Source: Candidatus Nomurabacteria bacterium
GTDB taxonomy: Bacteria; Patescibacteriota; Minisyncoccia; Phycocordibacterales; UBA9973
DNA length: 64,000 nucleotides
Direction of reading: 5' to 3'
Assembly: GCA_943357245.1 (NCBI GenBank)
Contig: CALRGH010000001.1
Coordinates: forward strand, 13,456 to 77,455
Below are positions 56,960 to 64,000 of this stretch, in pieces (position 1 is the stretch's first letter; each line of letters opens with the position of its first letter). The notes beneath the pieces are model-generated. The model was not told the DNA's origin. It saw only the letters and a list, made by a program, of their open reading frames with translations, and did no database searches. The position numbers were made by a program, and so were the translations under genes.

Positions 56960-57663
56960 CAGGACTCATCTTAGCCGGTGGGCGAGGCACCAGACTTCGT
57001 CCTCATACAGAGGAAATACCAAAGCCGTTACTCGAAGTGAATGGTAAGGCAATTTTGGGCTACCAGATCGAAATGTTAGCCAAAGAGCAGGTTTCCCCTA
57101 TCGTCATCGTGACGGGTTTTTTGGCGCATAAAATCGAAGAGTATGTGCAAACTCACTACTCTGATCAAAAAATTATTTTTGTAAACAATCCGGCATTTGA
57201 GGATTCCAGACCAGCATTTGGCGTCATTGCCGCACTTCCCCAATTGCATAGCGACGTCCTTTATCTGAATGGTGATGTGCATTGCGATCTTAAAGTACTT
57301 GCTGATGTCATTCACTCCCCACATGAATCTGTCACCGCTATCCAAAAAATTACATGGGAAGAGGAGCAAGTAAACGTCGTCACAGATGAAGATATGCGCA
57401 TTCACCATATCGGCAAACATATTACGGAACACGATAGCGATGGCGAATTTATCGGCGTCACCAAACTTTCAAACGATTTTATCGATACAATAAAAAAAAC
57501 AGTCGCCACAGAAGGCGCTGAAACATTCAGATATTCATTTGCTGTAGATTTGATTAATCACGTCGTCAATGTGCATAAAAAAGAGCTCCACGCCGTCGAT
57601 GTTACTGCCTCTCATGCAATCGAAATAGACACCGCAGAAGATTTGGCGCGGGCACAAAACTAA
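56956..57663 (+). CDS. sugar-/alcohol-phosphate nucleotidyltransferase (NTP-transferase fold, LicC/IspD-like)
   Basis: GLILAGGRGTRLRPHTEEIPKPLLEVNGKAIL is the G-x-G-T-R-L nucleotide-binding signature. Confidence 0.78.
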   Translation: MTGLILAGGRGTRLRPHTEEIPKPLLEVNGKAILGYQIEMLAKEQVSPIVIVTGFLAHKIEEYVQTHYSDQKIIFVNNPAFEDSRPAFGVIAALPQLHSDVLYLNGDVHCDLKVLADVIHSPHESVTAIQKITWEEEQVNVVTDEDMRIHHIGKHITEHDSDGEFIGVTKLSNDFIDTIKKTVATEGAETFRYSFAVDLINHVVNVHKKELHAVDVTASHAIEIDTAEDLARAQN

Positions 57664-57664
57664 C

Positions 57665-58741
57665 ATGTTATTTCGCAATAAAAATCTGTGGGTATTCATA
57701 GGCTGGCACAGCTCGAATCAGGGCGAGATTTTTTCTGATAATGCAAAACATTTTTTATTGTATGTGCACAAAGAGCATCCGGAAATTAAAAGCATCTGGC
57801 TCGCAAAAGATAGAGCACTTGCGCGACGATTGCGGAGTGAAGGATTTCGTTCCTACTATCAAAAAAGCCTTCTTGGTATCTGGTACGCGCTTCGCGCGGA
57901 CTATGTCGTCATCGATGCATTTTTACAAAAATATAATGTGCTTTTTTCGCATGGCGTAAAAATCGTCCAATTGCTCCACGGCAAAGGACTTAAGAAAAAA
58001 GGCTATGCGCAGACACCATTGCAGAAAAACGATTTTATATTTGGCACCTCTCCGTTCACTAATTCCCTACTCCCTGCCGAATTCACTGCCGGTGCGCAGA
58101 TGTGCGTAGCTGGCTATTCGCGCAATGATCAATTATTTAGTCGCGAGAAAAGTTATTTTTCCGCCGAAGAAGAAAAATTAGTTGACATTCTAGAGTCGCA
58201 CAGAAACAATAGTAAAAAAATAATCATGTACGCGCCGACATTCCGCCGTGGCAATGCGCATTTTAATCCGGAAGATCATTTCAATAGAGAAACAGCAGAG
58301 GCTTTTGCGCAAAAAAATAATGTTGTATTCCTCGTATCTATGCACGCTAAGTATCGGGCACGAAAAATCTTGTCTGTAGGCGATATTATTATCGATATGC
58401 CCGAATGCGATATTAATTCCATTATGCCTTTTATCGACATTCTTATTACTGACTACTCTTCGTCTTATGTAGACTATCTCCTGCTCGACAGACCGATCAT
58501 CTTTTATATCTACGATATCGATGCGTATCACGCAAAAGAAGGACTGATCGACGACTACGAAAGCCATATGCCCGGCGCAAAAATAAAAAGCGAACAAAAC
58601 TTGTTCGGTGAAATCACGAATCTTCTCGCAGGTAACGACACGTGTCGTGACGAACGCAAAAAAGTGCGTGATCTATATCACACCTATCAAGACGGCAACT
58701 CGTCAGAGCGAATCTTTGCCACGATACGTCCGAAGAAATAA
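57665..58741 (+). CDS. CDP-glycerol/CDP-alcohol poly(glycerophosphate) glycerophosphotransferase (TagB/TagF family)
   Basis: YAPTFRRGN...HAKY...LITDYSSSYVDYLLLDRPIIFYIYD are TagF-family catalytic motifs. Confidence 0.78.
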   Translation: MLFRNKNLWVFIGWHSSNQGEIFSDNAKHFLLYVHKEHPEIKSIWLAKDRALARRLRSEGFRSYYQKSLLGIWYALRADYVVIDAFLQKYNVLFSHGVKIVQLLHGKGLKKKGYAQTPLQKNDFIFGTSPFTNSLLPAEFTAGAQMCVAGYSRNDQLFSREKSYFSAEEEKLVDILESHRNNSKKIIMYAPTFRRGNAHFNPEDHFNRETAEAFAQKNNVVFLVSMHAKYRARKILSVGDIIIDMPECDINSIMPFIDILITDYSSSYVDYLLLDRPIIFYIYDIDAYHAKEGLIDDYESHMPGAKIKSEQNLFGEITNLLAGNDTCRDERKKVRDLYHTYQDGNSSERIFATIRPKK

Positions 58742-59860
58742 ATCGTTGTATTTGTTAATATAGGTGTCTGTACCAAATAATTGTGCGCTTTCGACTGCAG
58801 TATGTTTGTATTTTTCAAGTGTCGTAGTATCTAAAGAAAGTATTACTTCCAATTTCGACGCCATGGCGACCGAATCATTGCCCAAGAAAAGACCATTCTG
58901 CCCATCTTTCAAATATTCGCTGACACCAGAAACGCGGGTCGAAAGAAGTGGCAAACCAAAGGCAAGGCCATTCATTGCCGCAATACAGAATCCTTCACGA
59001 ACGGAGGTGAGTAAGAAAAAATCCGAGACAGCATAAAATCGGTAAATGTCTTTTCGCTCACCGAGTAAAATGACATTTTTCTCCACGTGGAGATTTTTGA
59101 TTTGCTCTTCTAATTTTTCTCGCAATGGACCATCACCAATAATCACCAATTTTGCATCAGGATAGTTTGGAATAATGCGCGCAAAGGCATCGATCATCAG
59201 TGTATGATTTTTTTGAGTTGAAAGACGTGCGACATTAAGAAAAATTTTGTCATTTGACACAAGTCTTATTTCTTGTCGGATATCATTTTTTTGCGTCGAA
59301 TAAAGTGTTTGTGCTTTTCCTATTTCACCGAGCTCTACCCCGTTGTAAATGACGGTAAATTTTTCTTTTGCTATTCCTTCTGTTCTAGTGATATGCTCTA
59401 CCACCCCTTGCGAGTCCGCCACAATTGTATAGGCAAGTGGAGATAATAATTTATTCAAAAATCGCACATGATAAGGGCGTGCAATATCCGTATTGTGCTC
59501 TGCGGTAATTACCTTATATCCAAAAAACGGTTTGAGTACAAGAGCTATGATATTACTGAAAAATAAACTTGCTTTAACGATATCTGGTTGTATTTGTCGC
59601 AATACACGAATCAAGGCAACCCATGCACGCACATCAAAAAATCTTCGGAAGTGTAGTTTGTAAATAGGTACGTCAGTCGGCACAAGATCATAAAAATCTC
59701 CCTTCCCTGGAAATTGTGAGAGTGAGATAATAGAAAGAGAAAAAATGTTCCGATCAAGCAAGGTGACCTGATCTAAAATTAATTTTTGTACACCGCCCAC
59801 CATAAAATCATTGGTGATGATGGCGACTTTTATTCTTGTCTTATTTTCGTTCGAGTACAT
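58703..59860 (-). CDS. GT4-family (GT-B fold) glycosyltransferase
   Basis: C-terminal EX7E region FLLTSVREGFCIAAMNGLAFGLPLLSTRVSGVSEYLKDGQNGLF. Confidence 0.85.
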   Translation of the reverse strand: MYSNENKTRIKVAIITNDFMVGGVQKLILDQVTLLDRNIFSLSIISLSQFPGKGDFYDLVPTDVPIYKLHFRRFFDVRAWVALIRVLRQIQPDIVKASLFFSNIIALVLKPFFGYKVITAEHNTDIARPYHVRFLNKLLSPLAYTIVADSQGVVEHITRTEGIAKEKFTVIYNGVELGEIGKAQTLYSTQKNDIRQEIRLVSNDKIFLNVARLSTQKNHTLMIDAFARIIPNYPDAKLVIIGDGPLREKLEEQIKNLHVEKNVILLGERKDIYRFYAVSDFFLLTSVREGFCIAAMNGLAFGLPLLSTRVSGVSEYLKDGQNGLFLGNDSVAMASKLEVILSLDTTTLEKYKHTAVESAQLFGTDTYINKYNDLFLRTYRGKDSL

Positions 59861-60491
59861 AAAATCGGTGATACTTATTCATCGGTGGTTGAAATTCTTT
59901 AAGAACAGTAAAATGTCGCTCAAATACCGTGCGTACTTTTTTACGGGAGGTTGTCCAAAAATCGATTTCCCAATAATGCTGACCCGACTCTTCGAATCCG
60001 ACAAATTTCACCGGAAATTGAATACTCCAATCGAAAAAATTTCTCTTAAACAGCGTATTAATAAACGGAATTCGTAAGACAAGCTCAAATGTCGTCGATC
60101 GATTTGGAAGTGAAATAATGACATATTTTTTGGTAATCTTCGCAAAATCATCCATTATTTTTTCAAAATCTGCAAATGGAATATGCTCCAATACTTGGCA
60201 CGCCATCACACAATCAAATTCACCTTCTTTAAATGGTAGCGTGCGCACATCAGCAACAACATCTGGAGTAACAGATGCATCAAAATCACAGGTCGTTACG
60301 CTATACCCCATCTTTTTTAATTCATCAGCGACTAATTTACTTCCCGGCCCAATTTCTAAAATAGAATGCACCCCCTCCAATTTCGCAATCGAATCTATTT
60401 GATAGAAAAATGAAATGAATCGCGAAAACGTCGTGTATTTCCACTTTTTATAATGCCCTTCTTTTACTTGGAGTTTATTTTCGTGCGACAT
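59841..60491 (-). CDS. class I SAM-dependent methyltransferase
   Basis: ILEIGPGSKLV motif I. FDCVMACQVLEHIPFADFEKIMDDF. Confidence 0.8.
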   Translation of the reverse strand: MSHENKLQVKEGHYKKWKYTTFSRFISFFYQIDSIAKLEGVHSILEIGPGSKLVADELKKMGYSVTTCDFDASVTPDVVADVRTLPFKEGEFDCVMACQVLEHIPFADFEKIMDDFAKITKKYVIISLPNRSTTFELVLRIPFINTLFKRNFFDWSIQFPVKFVGFEESGQHYWEIDFWTTSRKKVRTVFERHFTVLKEFQPPMNKYHRFYVLERK

Positions 60492-61110
60492 AAAAGTATC
60501 CTAATGGAAATGGGTGATTTTTTTTCATTCCTCGCGGGATTAGTGTATCACAAAGCAGTGCAATGGCATTACAGATCAACCGAATCGGCCAAACAAGGAA
60601 AAAGGCGTGGAGTGCATAGCTGATGACTGAAAATCTATCGCCAATTTGTCGCATGTGCACAATGTCAAAATGTGCTTCATGTACTATTTTCTCCAATCCT
60701 TCTTTGGTAAATCTGCCATAATCATGAGGCTCTGCCATTACATTTACCCCAAAAGGATTTGAAATAAGCAGATGCCCACCTTTTTTTAATACGCGATGCA
60801 CTTGTGCAAGCACATGCGCAGGATTTTCTGCAATGTATACATTGTGAAATAAAAATACCGTATCTATACTCGCATCAGCAAAGGGGAATGATTGATTAAA
60901 ATCTAATACCTGATCGACACCATTTTTCTGCACATAATCTGTTTTAATATACTCGATATTTTTTGGTAGATATTTTTCATAACTTGGTTTTCCTCCTGCA
61001 CCAATATCAAGCACTCGGCCGACAACGTATGGTTGCGCTCGAAACACTTCCTGCTGAAACAGGATTCTATAGAGCGTGCGTCCTCTTATTGTTTCCCAGA
61101 TGAAATCCAT
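60475..61110 (-). CDS. class I SAM-dependent methyltransferase
   Basis: VLDIGAGGKP motif I. LKKGGHLLISNP. Confidence 0.8.
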   Translation of the reverse strand: MDFIWETIRGRTLYRILFQQEVFRAQPYVVGRVLDIGAGGKPSYEKYLPKNIEYIKTDYVQKNGVDQVLDFNQSFPFADASIDTVFLFHNVYIAENPAHVLAQVHRVLKKGGHLLISNPFGVNVMAEPHDYGRFTKEGLEKIVHEAHFDIVHMRQIGDRFSVISYALHAFFLVWPIRLICNAIALLCDTLIPRGMKKNHPFPLGYFYVARK

Positions 61111-61850
61111 ACTCGTACACTAGCATAAAACCCAAACATCGTAGAGAGCTTTGCCCGAAAAGCGAGATGATTCGTCTCTCTGTCAATACTGATGCGCGGA
61201 AGGATAAAAGGGTCGTTCTTATGTCCTACAAAGCCTGATATAGTCGTCACAGCGCTCGTATACCCTGCTTTTTGGGCCTCACATATCTCACGGGAACCGA
61301 ATTTACCCCGCGGATAGGCAATGGAATATTCCCCATCACGTGCAAGTTCTACCGCCAACATTTCATCTGACACTGTTGGAAATTCTGCATGGGACACGCC
61401 ATGTGAACCAATTTCAATAAGTGGATTCTTTTTCAAATGCTCAATTTCTTCACGACTAATGAGTGGGCACGAAATCCCCGTTGATGTTACAAGAGTGTCC
61501 CTCGTCATACCTTTTGGGAAGTACAGCGTGACAGGAATATATCTTTTTATAAATTCCGGCAAGGCTGTTGTCAAAAAATCTCTATGTCCATCATCATACG
61601 TAATTGCAATAACGTTGCGCAACGATTCTTTATTATTCATTTTCTCAACCAATCGACTTACTGTCGCAAATCGATAGTCGTGACTCTGTAAATAGTCCAA
61701 CTGCCAGATTAATTGTTCTTTTGAAACATTAAAAAATACATTCGGAAGTTCGTGGGAGTGATACATCAAAATCCTTGCCTTACTGTCGTGCAATAAAAAA
61801 TCCCAAAAGGCGCATTTGAAATAAAAAATATTTTTCAAAAATTGCTTCAT
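61086..61850 (-). CDS. polysaccharide deacetylase (NodB-homology, CE4)
   Basis: AITYDDGHRDF (TFDDG motif) and EIGSHGVSH (His pair). Confidence 0.8.
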   Translation of the reverse strand: MKQFLKNIFYFKCAFWDFLLHDSKARILMYHSHELPNVFFNVSKEQLIWQLDYLQSHDYRFATVSRLVEKMNNKESLRNVIAITYDDGHRDFLTTALPEFIKRYIPVTLYFPKGMTRDTLVTSTGISCPLISREEIEHLKKNPLIEIGSHGVSHAEFPTVSDEMLAVELARDGEYSIAYPRGKFGSREICEAQKAGYTSAVTTISGFVGHKNDPFILPRISIDRETNHLAFRAKLSTMFGFYASVRVWISSGKQ

Positions 61851-62872
61851 AGGATTTTAGTGAGTTCATTCATTAGATTTTGCAAACCGTGTTTCTTCCC
61901 GATTTCTGTCAGATCTATCGTGGTATCTACTTGTTTTAATACTCGCGCAACTTCTTGTGCATCAAGCGATTCTACAGCAATTTTATTTCTCGCATCTGTC
62001 GGAATTTCATCCAAAAAACTCGTATTATGCACAATTGGCACACAGCCACAAAATACCGATTCCCAGATTGTTTTATCAAAACTACCTGATTCTGTAAGAT
62101 TGATGCAAAACTGATGCGAAGAATATAACTCCGGAAGCTGTGCCTGCGGCACAGCATTTTGAAATGTTATTCGAGAAGATAGATCTGCTTGTTCGATTTT
62201 CTGCAGTAATTCCCTCTTGTAATTTTTGTCGAGCTCAATGTCTGCAGGTCCGACTATATCAAAAGTAAAATTCGAAGCGCTATCTTCTTTTTTCCATGCA
62301 ATAAATCCATCAATCATTTTGTCGATATTTTTTATCGGCGAAATTCTACCAACATATACATACGAATTCGGTTTTCGTTCTATTCCCTGCACTGGATGAA
62401 AAAGAGTTTCGTCGATTCCCACTGGCATAACTACTGCATTTTTAAATGTCGCCGTATATGAACCGGTCGACGTATAACAAACGGTGTCTGCCAGCATGCC
62501 TGCAATACTTGTTTTCCATGAACCACTCTTGTGATTACGCCACATTACCGTTTTCTTTCCTAATAGTTTCCACAGCAGTCCGCCCAAGAGCATGTATTCA
62601 CCATTCATATGTACAAAGACACTGTCATATTGCTTGCGGAATTTCCATACATACTTGAAAAAGTTTTTTACATATTTCCATCGCGATATGCCAGTTTCCT
62701 TCCCGAGCGAATACACTTCTACATTTGCAGGAAGCTCATATTTCCCTTTTTCTAAACACACAACAATAACATTTGTATATTTTTTCGAAAATGCTTGTAT
62801 CCAACTGACAAAAAATCCGAGTATCGGATCGTTGCTATCCACTTTTTGGGTCAGGATGAGAAGATTTTTCAT
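61847..62872 (-). CDS. GT-B-fold glycosyltransferase (GT1/GT4-like)
   Basis: N-terminal Rossmann MKNLLILTQKVDSNDPILGF. The C-terminal domain matches GT4-like proteins. The start is taken at MKNLLIL, since the upstream 22 codons overlap the next gene. Confidence 0.65.
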   Translation of the reverse strand: MKNLLILTQKVDSNDPILGFFVSWIQAFSKKYTNVIVVCLEKGKYELPANVEVYSLGKETGISRWKYVKNFFKYVWKFRKQYDSVFVHMNGEYMLLGGLLWKLLGKKTVMWRNHKSGSWKTSIAGMLADTVCYTSTGSYTATFKNAVVMPVGIDETLFHPVQGIERKPNSYVYVGRISPIKNIDKMIDGFIAWKKEDSASNFTFDIVGPADIELDKNYKRELLQKIEQADLSSRITFQNAVPQAQLPELYSSHQFCINLTESGSFDKTIWESVFCGCVPIVHNTSFLDEIPTDARNKIAVESLDAQEVARVLKQVDTTIDLTEIGKKHGLQNLMNELTKIL

Positions 62873-62873
62873 A

Positions 62874-63971
62874 TTAGTACCAACGCGTTGTTTCTGTGTG
62901 CACACGAGACAGTCCCGCATCGCCAGCATACGTTTCAATTGCTTTCAACTCAATGAGTGGATCTCCTGCGCCGGGTTTGATATCTACCACAAGTAGTTTT
63001 GCTTGTTCATTCCCCTTCAACGCATGTGTAGTGTTTGGTTTGATAAACAATGAATCGTCTGTTTGTATTTCTGAACTTTTTCCATTCCCCCATTCTATTG
63101 TTATCGATTCAGATCCGACATTGTAAATCCATCTGTCAGATGAAACAGATTCTGAAATTGCTCCTTGTATAAAAGTAATCTCTCGCGTGCGTGTATCGGG
63201 CTGATAATCACACTGCACCAAATTGCCGTTTTGTGCATTCTCATGTTTTAGAATTGCAACACCTGCAACTACTTTTTCATCGATGGCAAACGGTAACTGC
63301 GCCAATTTTTCTTTCGTATGCTTCAAAAAATCTTCAACTGGCATTACGCCGATCTCTGCTTTGAATGTGGGATTTGCAATCGCGCCGCCATACGTCACTG
63401 CTAAGATAAGTCCTTTGTCTTCTTCTCGTGTCGTAAATGTGTGTGGCACAAATGGCGAAATATAATTGGTATCGCCGGTGTTCATCTGCGTCACATGGCG
63501 CACACCACTCTTATCAATCCAATAAAAATTTACCGGCCCGATAAAATACGTCATCTGGTGCTCAAAATGTCCTTTGTTAAATGCCCATTCTGGCAAATCT
63601 GCAGTCTCCCCATTATGCACAAATAATTCTTTGATCCATTCAGGGCGAAAGGTGGAAGTGTTCGACATCGCAGTATCGGCATAAATATAGTACGGAATAT
63701 TCGCAGGCCCGCGCGAAAGGATGCGCTCGCTCGCTTTCGTTTCTGCCGCGCGCACAATTCGCACCCCAAGATCAGTGTCATCAACAATAGGAAATTCGCC
63801 TGCAAATTCTGCGGGATACAAATCTTGCTGATTGAGACCTGCCACCGAAATTAATTTTTGTTCGATATCTGCCGTCAATTCCTGTTTGCCACCAATAATC
63901 TCCTCAATCACCTTTTGCTCCACACCAATAATCGGCGCGATTGTCTCCGGTGTATGTTTAAGTCCATTCAA
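62874..63971 (-). CDS. hypothetical protein with N-terminal XRE-type helix-turn-helix and cupin-like beta-barrel domains
   Basis: GVEQKVIEEIIGGKQELTADIEQKLISVAGLNQQDLY is an HTH_XRE pattern. The remainder has two beta-rich repeats with His/Glu clusters (HNGETADLPEW, HTFTTREEDKG). Confidence 0.45.
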   Translation of the reverse strand: MNGLKHTPETIAPIIGVEQKVIEEIIGGKQELTADIEQKLISVAGLNQQDLYPAEFAGEFPIVDDTDLGVRIVRAAETKASERILSRGPANIPYYIYADTAMSNTSTFRPEWIKELFVHNGETADLPEWAFNKGHFEHQMTYFIGPVNFYWIDKSGVRHVTQMNTGDTNYISPFVPHTFTTREEDKGLILAVTYGGAIANPTFKAEIGVMPVEDFLKHTKEKLAQLPFAIDEKVVAGVAILKHENAQNGNLVQCDYQPDTRTREITFIQGAISESVSSDRWIYNVGSESITIEWGNGKSSEIQTDDSLFIKPNTTHALKGNEQAKLLVVDIKPGAGDPLIELKAIETYAGDAGLSRVHTETTRWY

Positions 63972-64000
63972 TAATCCTCGTATAACCGCGCCTATGTTGT

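Noticed and set aside
1-64000. CRISPR arrays, rRNA genes, transposase/integrase genes, additional tRNAs, tmRNA
   Set aside because: I scanned for regularly spaced direct repeats, T-loop GTTCGA motifs, tmRNA termini and DDE/tyrosine-recombinase signatures. None was found beyond the single tRNA-Thr. The repeat families present are palindromic and not spacer-interleaved.

Overview
The window looks like a fragment of a small, AT-rich, streamlined bacterial genome, most consistent with a Candidate Phyla Radiation / Patescibacteria-like organism. The evidence is that many genes lack Shine-Dalgarno sequences, several aminoacyl-tRNA synthetases are domain-reduced, and there are abundant long perfect hairpins and many large orphan proteins. 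Coding density is high on both strands.

Confidently recognised core genes:
- Translation and ribosome: proS (5-prime fragment), rpsB-tsf, tRNA-Thr(UGU), the rpsP / KH-protein / trmD operon, rpmF, thrS, and a PheRS-alpha-like gene.
- Transcription: the dnaG-rpoD operon, rpoC, rpoB, and nusB (fused to a Nudix domain).
- RNA processing: rnr and rnc.
- Replication and chromosome maintenance: rnhB, dnaE, gyrB, and a hinge-less SMC-like ATPase.

Envelope and extracytoplasmic genes: a processive GT2 synthase (PgaC/NodC-like), two thiol-disulfide oxidoreductases (DsbA-like and a membrane Trx-like protein), CapA, and several secreted low-complexity proteins.

The 3-prime third of the window (49-64 kb) is a glycan / teichoic-acid-like biosynthesis island. 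It contains a WbaP-like priming transferase, a Wzx-like flippase, a GtrA/GtrB/GT-C three-component glycosylation module, a TagF-like glycerophosphotransferase, an NTP-transferase, two GT4 enzymes, three SAM methyltransferases and two NodB-type deacetylases.

The most unusual content falls into four groups:
- Two minimal inverted-repeat-flanked gene cassettes bracket the pheS-like gene. One carries a DGR-Avd-like four-helix-bundle gene and the other a GIY-YIG nuclease gene.
- A 1427-aa tail-fibre-like surface protein lies immediately downstream. It has internal tail-fibre repeats, an NxTxG repeat array, a C-terminal peptidase-S74 intramolecular-chaperone domain and a Pro/Thr-rich tail.
- There are several families of short repeated DNA elements: a 48-bp double hairpin in inverted copies 25 kb apart, a 30-bp gene-3-prime-end element in four copies, a TTTGGC/GCCAAA-centred palindrome family, and a 14-bp GC-rich palindrome that encodes NPPAGG in both rpoD and dnaE.
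- Two apparent gene fusions or reductions are present: NusB fused to Nudix, and a monomeric mitochondrial-type PheRS.

No rRNA gene, CRISPR array, transposase or integrase was seen.
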